Shown in pieces: positions 27,966 to 36,645 of a stretch of 64,000 nt of DNA. Origin of the DNA: Thermoanaerobaculia bacterium (GTDB lineage: Bacteria > Acidobacteriota > Thermoanaerobaculia > UBA5066 > DATFVB01); assembly GCA_035717485.1 (NCBI GenBank), contig DASTIQ010000071.1:4651-68650 (forward strand), read 5' to 3'. A program made the translations under genes and the position numbers. Numbering within the stretch: the stretch's first letter is position 1; every line of letters begins with the position of its first letter. The notes below the pieces were generated by a model. The model did no database searches. It had not been told where the DNA came from and worked only from the letters and a program-made list of their open reading frames with translations.

Positions 27966-29167
27966 CGGTCCACCTCTCCGAGCACGATGTCCACCGTTCC
28001 GATCAGCGCGACGAGGTCGGAGACGAGATGGCCGCGCGCGAGGCGCGGAAGCGCCTGCAGGTTGATGAGCGACGGAGGCCGCACGTGCAGCCGGTAGGGC
28101 TTGTTCGTCCCGTTCGAGACGAGGTAGAAGCCGATCTCTCCCTTCGGGGATTCGATGGAGGCGTACACCTCTTCGGCGACCGGCTTGATGACGCGCGGGA
28201 CCTTTCCCTTGATCTCGCCCGGCTCGAGACGGTCGAGGCACTGCCGGATGATCTTCGCCGACTGCCGCATCTCGGCGATGCGCACGAGGTAGCGGTCGTA
28301 CGTGTCCCCGTTCTTCCCGGTGGGCACGACGAAGTCGAGCTCGTCGTAGCACTCGTAGGGCTGCGCCCGCCGGAGGTCCCATTCCACGCCCGAGCCGCGG
28401 ATCACCGGGCCGGTGAGGCCCCACTCGATGCATTCCTCGGCCGAGATCACGCCGATCCCGACGGTCCGCTTCTTCCAGATCCGGTTGTCCGTGAGCAGGG
28501 TCTCGTAATCGTCGATCTTGCCCGGGAAGTCGTCGATGAACGCTCCGACGGCCTCGACCCAGCCGGGCGTGAGATCGAACGGCAGGCCGCCGATGCGCAT
28601 TCAGTTGAGCGTCAGGCGCGCGCCGCAGTACTCCTCGAAGAAGTCGAGGATCTGCTCCCGCTCGCGGAAGCAGTACCAGAACGGCGTCACCGCGCCGAGG
28701 TCGATTCCCGAAGTGCCCAGCCAAACGAGATGCGAGGAGAGCCGCTGCAGCTCGTCCAGGATCACGCGGATCAGCTGGGCTCGCCGGGGCACCTCGACGC
28801 CGAGGAGCTTTTCGACCGTCAGGCAGTACGCGTGGTTGCTCGTCGCCGCCGCGACGTAGTCCATGCGGTCGGTGTGCGGGATGGCCATCGGGTAGGTCTC
28901 GGTCTCGAAGAGCTTCTCGGTCCCGCGGTGGAGATAGCCGATGTCCGGGATCGCGTCGACGATCTTCTCGCCGTCGACTTTCAGCACGATCCGGAGCACG
29001 CCGTGCGTCGACGGGTGCTGCGGCCCGAAGTTGAGCTCCATCTCGGTGACGTCGAAGAGCGTCTTCGGCGCCGCCACCGTGCGCGCGGGAGGATGGTGCA
29101 GCCCGGCGGCCGCCTTCGCGCGGGCGGCGAAGTAATCGGCTTCGTCCTGCTCGGGGGTCCGGCTCAT
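27962..29167 (-). pseudogene. nuoD: NADH-quinone oxidoreductase subunit D interrupted by one in-frame TGA (28601-28603) followed directly by ATG
   Basis: ORFs 28601..29167 and 27962..28600 are in the same frame and together make a full NuoD (GPQHPSTHGVLRI, IGYLHRGTEK, ...GARLTLN-TGA-MRIGGL..., C-terminal DIVLGEVDR). The stop replaces the aromatic residue of the conserved GARxxxxY/W-xR-xGG block. Confidence 0.7.
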
Positions 29168-29243
29168 CCGTTCATTTCGCGCGTCTTTTCGACGCGACGG
29201 CTCCGTTCGCGCGCTTCCACGAGCCTCCCATCGGGTCCGTCGC

Positions 29244-29816
29244 TCACGAAAGCACTTTCCGATTCGGGTCGTCGGGCGCGGGACCGGCGCCGGCCGGCCA
29301 TTCCTCCGGGTAGATCGCGGCCCCCGTGTCGATCCCCTCGACCGGGAAGTCCTTGCGCAGCGGATGTCCTTCGAAGCCGTCCCAGGTGACGAGCCGGCGC
29401 AGGTCCGGGTGCCCCGAGAACCGGATGCCGAAGAGATCCCACACCTCGCGCTCCGACCAGTTCGCGGCGAGGAAGGTCGTCGCGATCGACGGGACCTCCT
29501 CCCCCTCGGCGCACCCGAGCTTCACCCGGATGCGGTCGTTCTTCGAGAAGGAATAGAAGTGGTACACGACGTCGAACCGCGGCTGGCGGTCGCGCCAGTC
29601 GACGGCCGTCACGTCGACGCAGTATTTGAAGTCCTGGACGTCCTTGAGATGCCGCGCGACGTCGACGATCTTCTCCCGCGGGACCGTGACCGTCACCTGT
29701 CGCGCGAATTCCTTCGCGGCGACCACCGCGCCCGGAACCGCCTGCGCGAGCGCGGCGACCCAGGGGTGCCCCGAAGCGTCGGTCGCGGCCGGTTTCGGCG
29801 CGGGCTTCTCGGCCAT
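29244..29816 (-). CDS. nuoC: NADH-quinone oxidoreductase subunit C
   Basis: Motifs [25 protein letters not shown] and GHPLRKDFP. Confidence 0.9.
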   Translation of the reverse strand: MAEKPAPKPAATDASGHPWVAALAQAVPGAVVAAKEFARQVTVTVPREKIVDVARHLKDVQDFKYCVDVTAVDWRDRQPRFDVVYHFYSFSKNDRIRVKLGCAEGEEVPSIATTFLAANWSEREVWDLFGIRFSGHPDLRRLVTWDGFEGHPLRKDFPVEGIDTGAAIYPEEWPAGAGPAPDDPNRKVLS

Positions 29817-29817
29817 G

Positions 29818-30303
29818 TCAGGACGCCTTGCGGATGACCTTCATCCGGTCGATCTTCTTCTGGAGCTGGATGATTCCGTAAAGCAGCGCCTCCGGCCGGG
29901 GAGGGCAGCCGGGGACGTAAACGTCGACCGGAACGATCCGGTCCACGCCCTGGGTGACCGCGTACGTCCGGTACGGTCCGCCGCACGTCGCGCAGGAGCC
30001 CATGGCGATCACCCACTTCGGGTCGGGCATCTGGTCGTAGAGGCGTTTGACGACCGGCGCCATCTTCTCGACGACCGTTCCGGCGACGATCATGAGATCC
30101 GACTGCCGCGGCGTTCCGCGGAACACTTCCGCGCCGAAGCGCGCGAGATCGTGCCGCGCGTCCATGACCGCCATCATCTCGATCGCGCAGCAGGCGAGCC
30201 CGAACTGCATCGGCCAGATCGCGCTCCGCCGCGCCCAGTTGATGACCGAATCGACGGTGGTGGTGAGAACGTTTTCTTCGAACCGGTTGGCGAGGAGGCT
30301 CAT
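29818..30303 (-). CDS. nuoB: NADH-quinone oxidoreductase subunit B
   Basis: N2-cluster ligand motifs [29 protein letters not shown]. Confidence 0.92.
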   Translation of the reverse strand: MSLLANRFEENVLTTTVDSVINWARRSAIWPMQFGLACCAIEMMAVMDARHDLARFGAEVFRGTPRQSDLMIVAGTVVEKMAPVVKRLYDQMPDPKWVIAMGSCATCGGPYRTYAVTQGVDRIVPVDVYVPGCPPRPEALLYGIIQLQKKIDRMKVIRKAS

Positions 30304-30316
30304 GCGGCGGCGTCCC

Positions 30317-30673
30317 TCATGCCCACTGGAGCGCGCCGCGCTTCCAGGCGTAGAAGTAGCCGACGACGAGGATCGCCAGGAACACGAGCATCTCGACGAA
30401 CCCGAAGATCGCGAGCTTGTCGAGGAGGATCGCCCACGGGAAGAGGAAGATCGTCTCGACGTCGAAGACGACGAAGAGGACGGCGATCAGGAAATACCTC
30501 GCGGAAAATCGGTAATCGAAGGCGGTCGTCGGGGCTTCGATGCCGCATTCGTACGGCTCTCCCTTGGCGGGATTCGGGACGCCGTGCTGGAGGAGCCTCG
30601 CGACGACGATCGTCCCGATCGGCAGCGCTGCCGCGAGGATCGCGAACACCAGGATGAAGAAATACGATTCCAT
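30317..30673 (-). CDS. nuoA: NADH-quinone oxidoreductase subunit A
   Basis: Internal ATG at 30673 of ORF 30317..31360. 118 aa with 3 TM helices. Conserved YECGI and [12 protein letters not shown]. Confidence 0.9.
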   Translation of the reverse strand: MESYFFILVFAILAAALPIGTIVVARLLQHGVPNPAKGEPYECGIEAPTTAFDYRFSARYFLIAVLFVVFDVETIFLFPWAILLDKLAIFGFVEMLVFLAILVVGYFYAWKRGALQWA

Positions 30674-30696
30674 GCGAGCCCCGGGATTCTCTCGAT

Positions 30697-31782
30697 TCAG
30701 GTGCGGGATGTCAATGTGAAGGAGTTCACAAGCGGGCCGATCCCCTTTGACTGCAGAAGAACGGAAAGATCGTCGCCGATTCCTTCCGGATCGAAGAGGC
30801 GGAGCGCTTCGAGGCGCCGGCCGCCGGCGTCTTCGAAGAGGCCCGCGCGCATGAGGAACTCGGATTGGCGCATCCGCGCCTCGGTCGCGAATCCTTCCGC
30901 CTCCCCCGCCCGGACGAGATCGTCCCAGTTCACGTGGGCGGTCAGGTCGACCTCGCCGGGACGTTCGAGCGGATCGCCGCCGCGGCGTCCCCGCGAATGC
31001 ACAGCGAGCGTCCCCCCCGGCCGCGCCGCGGAATGGTAGAGAACCGGCGCGCGATGCCCGTAATCGAACGCGACGAGCCGGCCGCGGGAAACGAGGCGGG
31101 CGAGCGAGCGATGCAGCGGCGCCGCCGCGAGATTGATCTCGGCCACCTGCCCTTCGGCGAGCTCGATCGCGAACCGCGCGAGATATTCGCCGAGCTCGAC
31201 CGGCGCCGGGCCCCCCGTCCACGCGAACGCGAAGCCGCCCGGGGACGTCGTGACGCCCAGCTCGACGAGCCTCCCTTCCGAGCGCCGTACCCGGTGGACG
31301 GGGAGCGCGTCGTAGAGCTCGTTCGAGAAGACCCATCCCTCGAACGGCTCGCTTTCCCACTCGCGGGGATCCGCCGCCACGCGCTCGGCGGCCCCCGCGG
31401 CCGCGATCGCCTCGCGCCCCGCCGCGGCACGCTCGATCGCGCGCAGCCGCGTCCGGCGCGACACCGCGGGAGCGACCTCGTCGAGCGCCGACCGAAAATC
31501 CCGCAGGAACGTCCCCGCGCCCGCCGCCGCCTCGCAGAAGACGATCTCGCCCGGCAACGCGAGCGCGTCCCGCGCGAAGACGCGGGCGACGGCCCGCGCG
31601 AAGAGGGGCGAGATCGTCGGCGACGTGACGAAATCGCCCCCGTCGCCGATCGCCGCCCGGCGCGCGTAGTACCCCTCGTCCGGGTCGTAGAGCGCGGCCT
31701 CCATGAAGTCGCGGAAAGAGATCGATCCCTCTCGCCCGATGCGGTCGATCAATCGGCGGGCGAGCGGAGAAACGCCGCTCAA
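30697..31782 (-). CDS. MidA/NDUFAF7-family (DUF185) SAM-dependent methyltransferase
   Basis: Family hallmarks ISFRDFMEAALYDPDEGYYA, GDFVTSPTISPLFA, FSNELYDALPVH, DLTAHVNWDDL. TTG start. It ends 23 nt upstream of nuoA on the same strand. Confidence 0.8.
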   Translation of the reverse strand: MSGVSPLARRLIDRIGREGSISFRDFMEAALYDPDEGYYARRAAIGDGGDFVTSPTISPLFARAVARVFARDALALPGEIVFCEAAAGAGTFLRDFRSALDEVAPAVSRRTRLRAIERAAAGREAIAAAGAAERVAADPREWESEPFEGWVFSNELYDALPVHRVRRSEGRLVELGVTTSPGGFAFAWTGGPAPVELGEYLARFAIELAEGQVAEINLAAAPLHRSLARLVSRGRLVAFDYGHRAPVLYHSAARPGGTLAVHSRGRRGGDPLERPGEVDLTAHVNWDDLVRAGEAEGFATEARMRQSEFLMRAGLFEDAGGRRLEALRLFDPEGIGDDLSVLLQSKGIGPLVNSFTLTSRT

Positions 31783-31786
31783 CCGG

Positions 31787-32884
31787 TCAGGGCGCCGGGG
31801 CGCGCGGCGCGGGCACGCGTTCCACGCGATAGACGAGGCCCAGCCCCGGGGTTCCCTTCGCCGCGAGCGCGTCGCGCGCGGCCTGCGCTTCTTCGCGGGA
31901 ACCGTAGTCGCCGAGCATCACCCGATACCAGAGACCCGGCGCGCCGAGATTGATCCCGATCACGCGCAGCGGGCGGGCGAGGACCTTCGAGAGGCGCCCC
32001 GCATCGCGTTCCGCGTTCTCCCGGCGCTGGTAGGAAGAGAAGTGGATCATCCAGACGGGAGCTCCCGTCCAGTCCGGCGAGACCATCGTCGAGCCGCGGG
32101 ATTCGGGAATCGCGGGAACCGGGGCGGCGGGGGGAGCCGCCGGAGAGGACCGGAGGGCTTCCGGCGTCGTCCGCGCGCCGGATCCGGACGAGCCCCCGTC
32201 CGAAGCCGGGACCACGGCCCCGCCCGATACCGGGACCGGGACGCCGGGCGCGGCCGGCCGGCCGTCCTCCGACGTCGCGCCGGCGGGCGGGACCGGCGGA
32301 ACCCGCCGGGTCTTCGCGAAGAACCAGACGCCACCGGCGATCGCGACCACGAGGAGGAACGCGACGAGCTTCCCGCCGCGCGGCGCTGCCGCCGGCCGAT
32401 CCACGGTTTCGAACGCGATCTCCTCGTCGCCCTCTTCCTCCGCCGCCTCCGGCTCCTCCGGGGGGGGAACCGAGCCCGCCGAAGGATGGAGGACGACGCG
32501 GCCCTCCCGTTCGGCCGGAAAAACCTCGAGGCCCGGCGCCGCGTCCGGTTCGCTTCCGAAAGGATCGTCCGGCCCGGCGGAAAAGGCGGTCTCGACGAGC
32601 GCCTCCTCCGGGAAGGGCGCATCCTCGTTCCACCCGCGCGACGCAATCCGTTCGCCGCCCATGTCCGCCGGAAGGAGGCGCACCGCGCGCTCCGCGAGCT
32701 CGGAGAGGGGGGCGGGTGCGAAACCGGTCCGCGTCAGCCGCAGCTCTTCGGCGCAGACCTGCTGGGCCGCCCGGAAGACCTCGCCGCGCCGCTCCGGCGC
32801 GATCCCGAGGCCCCGGACGATCGACTCGACGACTTCGGTGACCGTCGGAACTTTCCGGCGGTCCCGCGGACCGGGCTCCGGCAA
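31787..32884 (-). CDS. bitopic SPOR-domain protein (acidic cytoplasmic N-domain, TM, Pro-rich linker, C-terminal SPOR)
   Basis: TM helix LVAFLLVVAIAGGVWFFA. C-terminal SPOR-like domain (VWMIHFSSYQRRENAERDAGRL...GLWYRVMLGDYGSREEAQAARDAL). Proposed TTG start at 32884 after GGAGAGGAG; start uncertain. Confidence 0.65.
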   Translation of the reverse strand: MPEPGPRDRRKVPTVTEVVESIVRGLGIAPERRGEVFRAAQQVCAEELRLTRTGFAPAPLSELAERAVRLLPADMGGERIASRGWNEDAPFPEEALVETAFSAGPDDPFGSEPDAAPGLEVFPAEREGRVVLHPSAGSVPPPEEPEAAEEEGDEEIAFETVDRPAAAPRGGKLVAFLLVVAIAGGVWFFAKTRRVPPVPPAGATSEDGRPAAPGVPVPVSGGAVVPASDGGSSGSGARTTPEALRSSPAAPPAAPVPAIPESRGSTMVSPDWTGAPVWMIHFSSYQRRENAERDAGRLSKVLARPLRVIGINLGAPGLWYRVMLGDYGSREEAQAARDALAAKGTPGLGLVYRVERVPAPRAPAP

Positions 32885-32898
32885 GGGCTCCTCTCCGC

Positions 32899-33921
32899 TC
32901 AATCCGCGAGGCTCTCCCAGTCGGTCTCGGGCGCGTCGAGCGCGATCGCGAGGCCGCCGTTGGACCCGGCGAAGACCGGGTCTTCGACGGCGCGGACGCG
33001 GCCGCCCCCCATTTCGTCGAGCGTCTTCTCGAGGGCGGCCGCGAGGCCGGGAATCTGCGACCCGCCGCCGGCGAGAATGACGTTGTTCCGGACGTCTTCC
33101 TGGTATTCCGGCTCGACGCGCGAGATCAGGTCGAGCATCGTCTCCGAGATCGGGCCGAGCAGGCTCTCGCACGCGCGCCTCATCTCGGCGGTGATGTCGA
33201 GGTCCGTGGGCTTTCCGTGGACGGGCACCTTCACGACGACCGGCTGCTTCGGCTCTCCGACGAAGCTCCCCTTTTCCTTCCAGTCGCGCACCATGTAGAC
33301 CGAGAAGCGGCCGTCGGGCATCTTGTTGCGGACGAGGGTCGCGAGGTGCTCGTCGACGGCGTCGCCCGCGTTCGTGAGCGTCCGCTGGTCCTCCTCGGTC
33401 GGGTAGCGCCCGTTCATCACGCAGAAATCGGTCGTTCCGGCGCCGATGTCGATGATCATCGTGTGGAGGAGCGAATCCATCCCGTAGGCGACCGCGAATG
33501 GCTCCGAGACGATCATCAGGGAGTCGGCCATGCCGGTGACCGCGTTCCTCAGGTGCTGCTTGGACACGCGGAGCGCCTCGGCCGGAACGCCGACGACGGC
33601 GAAGACCTTCTGCCCTTCCCGGGCGCCGGCGAGCGAGATGAGGTGCCCGAGCAGCTCGCGGACGGCCTGCTCGTCCTTCTGCGAGCCTTCCTTGATGAGG
33701 CCCCGCTCGAGCGGGCGGTGGAGGTCGAGCATGGGGCGGTTGTCGAGCGCTTCCTTCCCGAAGAGCACCGCCTTCTTGACGACCTTCCGGGCGACCATGT
33801 CGACGGGCCACCCCACGTAGCTGTCGACGACGTGGCGCGCCCCGTTCGAGGCGGAAATGGAGCTTCGGGAGGTGCCGAGATCGATTCCGACCTGCAGCAC
33901 CTCGGTTTTCGGTTTGGTCAT
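32899..33921 (-). CDS. MamK-like actin-family (ASKHA) filament protein
   Basis: 340 aa. Phosphate-1 VGIDLGTSRSS. Blocks SYVGWPVDMV, DLHRPLERGLI, IIDIGAGTTDFCVMNGRYPTEEDQRTLTNAGDAVDEHL and NVILAGGGSQIPGLAAALEKTL line up block by block with my recollection of MamK rather than MreB. The ATG overlaps the amidase stop (ATGA). Confidence 0.75.
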   Translation of the reverse strand: MTKPKTEVLQVGIDLGTSRSSISASNGARHVVDSYVGWPVDMVARKVVKKAVLFGKEALDNRPMLDLHRPLERGLIKEGSQKDEQAVRELLGHLISLAGAREGQKVFAVVGVPAEALRVSKQHLRNAVTGMADSLMIVSEPFAVAYGMDSLLHTMIIDIGAGTTDFCVMNGRYPTEEDQRTLTNAGDAVDEHLATLVRNKMPDGRFSVYMVRDWKEKGSFVGEPKQPVVVKVPVHGKPTDLDITAEMRRACESLLGPISETMLDLISRVEPEYQEDVRNNVILAGGGSQIPGLAAALEKTLDEMGGGRVRAVEDPVFAGSNGGLAIALDAPETDWESLAD

Positions 33922-34937
33922 GAAACCCCTTTCCCCGCGGGAGCCGCGTCCCGCGCGAGCCGTTCGGCGGACGTTTCCGGATCGACGATGCGACGGATGC
34001 CGGCGTGGAGCGCGCGGGCGAGCTCGGAACGGTATTCCGGCGTGGCGAGCCGCCGCGCCTCGTCGGCGTTCGAAATGCACGAGATCTCCGCGAGCACCGC
34101 GGGCATGCGGGTCCCGACGAGGACGACGAGCGGCGCGGTCTTCACGCCGCGATTCTGAACGCGGTCGTTGACGTCCCGGAGAGCGTGGAAATACGCGGAC
34201 TGGAGCGTCTCGGCGATCCGGCGCGACTCCTCCTGACGGACGCCCACGTAGACTCCTTCGAGCAGCGTCCTGAAGTCCGCCAGCGAGTAGCCGGAGCCGG
34301 CGTTCTCCCCGCGCGCGAACTTCGCCGTTTCGGGATCGTTCGTGCCGCCGAGGTAGAACGTCTCGATCCCGACGCGATCCGGGACCGGCATCGAATTGAT
34401 GTGGATGGAGAGGAAGAGATCGGCGTTCTCGGCGTTCGCGATCTCGACGCGCCGCTCGAGCGAGAGCGCGCGATCGTCGGCGCGCGTCAGGACGACCGTG
34501 ACCGGAGCGTCCTTCAGCAGCGCGCGGAGCCGCTCGGCGACGTCGAGCGTGATCGTCTTCTCCTCGAGACCCTGCCGCGTCATCGCGCCGGGGTCGCCTC
34601 CCCCGTGGCCGGGGTCGATCACGATCTTCCGGACGGCGAGCCGGAAGAGAGACGGGTCGATCGCCTGCGGCGCCGGAAGCGCGGCGGTCCGGGGGACCGG
34701 CGACGCCGCCGCTCCGGCATCGGCCGTTCGCCGCCGGGAAACGGATGCCCGGACGCCGGGGGTCGCGATGGCGCCGGAGAAGGCGACCAGGAGCGTCGCC
34801 GCGAGCCCGCCGAGGAGCCATCCGTTGACCCCCCGGCGCCGCCGCCGGAGGCCGGCCGGAATCTCGCCGCGCACCGTGGCCAGGTTCTCCCGGACCAGAG
34901 CGCGGATCATCTGCTGCTTGAGGCGGTCTTTTCCCAT
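33918..34937 (-). CDS. membrane-anchored N-acetylmuramoyl-L-alanine amidase (Amidase_3, AmiC/CwlD-like)
   Basis: N-terminal TM helix. Catalytic domain IVIDPGHGGGDPGA, DLFLSIHINS, VLAEISCISN. Confidence 0.88.
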   Translation of the reverse strand: MGKDRLKQQMIRALVRENLATVRGEIPAGLRRRRRGVNGWLLGGLAATLLVAFSGAIATPGVRASVSRRRTADAGAAASPVPRTAALPAPQAIDPSLFRLAVRKIVIDPGHGGGDPGAMTRQGLEEKTITLDVAERLRALLKDAPVTVVLTRADDRALSLERRVEIANAENADLFLSIHINSMPVPDRVGIETFYLGGTNDPETAKFARGENAGSGYSLADFRTLLEGVYVGVRQEESRRIAETLQSAYFHALRDVNDRVQNRGVKTAPLVVLVGTRMPAVLAEISCISNADEARRLATPEYRSELARALHAGIRRIVDPETSAERLARDAAPAGKGVS

Positions 34938-35029
34938 GGGTCGCTGACCGTCAAGTGTAACAGGATGGGATCGATGGGGAGCCGTTCTTGCATGCGCAGC
35001 GGGAGGCGACCGAAAGAGCGCAACCTATA

Positions 35030-36643
35030 ATGGCCGGGCCGCGACGGAACCGCGGCGCGCCGGCGGCGAACGGCGGGACGGGGGAAGACGTGAGACCTCA
35101 GACTCTCGGGGAACTGAAGGAAAGCGGATATCGCGCGCGGAGCGTCAAGGACGAGCTCCGCGAGAACCTGATCGCCCGGCTCCGGCGGGGAGAGGATCCG
35201 TTTCCGGGGATCTTCGGCTATCGCCACACCGTCCTGCCGATGCTCCACAACGCGATCCTCGCGCGCCACGACATCATCCTCCTCGGTCTGCGCGGCCAGG
35301 CGAAGACCCGGCTCCTGCGCTCGCTCGTCAATCTCCTCGACGAGTGGCTCCCGGCGGTCGCGGGAAGCGAGGTCAACGAGAGTCCGTTCGAGCCGATCAC
35401 CGCGTTCGGGCGGCGGATCGTCGGGGAACGGGGCGACGAGACGCCGATCGTCTGGATTCCCCGCAGCGAGCGCTACCGGGAGAAGCTCGCGACTCCCGAC
35501 GTCACGATCGCGGACCTGATCGGCGACATCGATCCGATCAAGGCCGCGACCCAGAAGCGGACCTACTCCGACGAGGAGATCATCCATTACGGGATCGTGC
35601 CCCGCACGAACCGCGGGATCTTCGCGATCAACGAGCTCCCGGACCTGCAGCCGCGCATCCAGGTCGGGTTGCTCAACATCCTCGAAGAGCGCGATCTGCA
35701 GATCCGGGGTTTTCCCGTGCGGATCCCGCTCGACATCCTGCTCGTCTTCTCCGCCAACCCGGAGGACTACACGAATCGCGGGAACATCATCACCCCCCTG
35801 AAGGACCGGATCTCGTCGCAGATCCTCACCCACTATCCCGACGAGGTGAAGACGGCGCGCGCGATCACCGACCAGGAAGCGTGGACCGAGCGCCGCGGCG
35901 AAGTCGAGCTCGAGGTGCCCGAATACTTCAAAGAGCTCGTCGAGAAGATCGCCTTCGCGGCGAGGCAGTCCGAGTTCGTCGACCAGTCCTCCGGCGTCTC
36001 CGCCCGCATGCCGATCTCGGCTCTCGAAATCCTCTATTCGAACCTCGAGCGTCGCGGCATCCTGCGCGGCGAGAAGCGGGTGTTCCCGCGCCTTTGCGAT
36101 CTCCTCGCCTGCCTGCCGGCGATCACCGGGAAAGTCGAGGTCGTCTACGAGGGAGAGCAGCAGGGAACGGAAGTCATCGCGAAGAAGCTCATTTCCGGCC
36201 CGATCGCCGATCTCTTCAAGGAAAAGTTCCCCTCCGTCGATTCGGGGCGGCGCACCGAGCGCGCCCGGACGCCACCGCCCGAAGAGTCCGACGAGCCGCA
36301 GCCCCGGGCCCGTTCGCGCTTCCCCGCCGAGGAACCGGACAAGCTGAATCCCGTGTACCGGGAAATCGTCGACTGGTTCGCCGCCGGCAACCGCATCGAC
36401 ATCTCCGACGAGTCCTCGTTCGCGGACCACGTGAAAGCGCTCGAGTCCGTCCCCGGGCTCCGCCGCGTCGCCGAGGAGCACTTCAAGACGGCCTCCCGCG
36501 AGGAGGCGGCGCTCGCGATGGAGCTCGTCCTCGAGGGACTCACGCAGAACCTGAAGATCGCCCGCGAGGACCTGGACTCGAAGATCAGCTACAAAGAAAT
36601 GTTGAAGTTCAACCTGGTCCGGCAGCGCACACCCGTCAGCTAG
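35030..36643 (+). CDS. AAA+ ATPase of the Mg-chelatase (ChlI/BchI)-like clade
   Basis: Variant Walker A LLGLRGQAKTRLLRSL. Walker B / sensor region GIFAINELPDLQPRIQVGLLNILEE, then LLVFSANPEDYTNRGNIITPLKDR. The ATG at 35030 is chosen over the track start at 34988. TAG stop. Confidence 0.75.
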   Translation: MAGPRRNRGAPAANGGTGEDVRPQTLGELKESGYRARSVKDELRENLIARLRRGEDPFPGIFGYRHTVLPMLHNAILARHDIILLGLRGQAKTRLLRSLVNLLDEWLPAVAGSEVNESPFEPITAFGRRIVGERGDETPIVWIPRSERYREKLATPDVTIADLIGDIDPIKAATQKRTYSDEEIIHYGIVPRTNRGIFAINELPDLQPRIQVGLLNILEERDLQIRGFPVRIPLDILLVFSANPEDYTNRGNIITPLKDRISSQILTHYPDEVKTARAITDQEAWTERRGEVELEVPEYFKELVEKIAFAARQSEFVDQSSGVSARMPISALEILYSNLERRGILRGEKRVFPRLCDLLACLPAITGKVEVVYEGEQQGTEVIAKKLISGPIADLFKEKFPSVDSGRRTERARTPPPEESDEPQPRARSRFPAEEPDKLNPVYREIVDWFAAGNRIDISDESSFADHVKALESVPGLRRVAEEHFKTASREEAALAMELVLEGLTQNLKIAREDLDSKISYKEMLKFNLVRQRTPVS

Positions 36644-36645
36644 CA

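Noticed and set aside
28560-28603. Reading the nuoD in-frame TGA as selenocysteine, given the likely Sec gene elsewhere in the window.
   Set aside because: The 60 nt after this TGA contain no stable hairpin at SECIS distance; I found only 3-4-bp pairings. The aligned residue in NuoD homologues is Tyr or Trp, not Cys. No Sec-containing NuoD is known to me.
32899-33921. The MamK-like gene as a marker of a magnetosome island.
   Set aside because: No other mam/mms-type genes (mamA/B/M/E/O/P/I/L/Q equivalents) are in the neighbourhood. The flanking genes are an amidase, a SPOR protein and respiratory genes.
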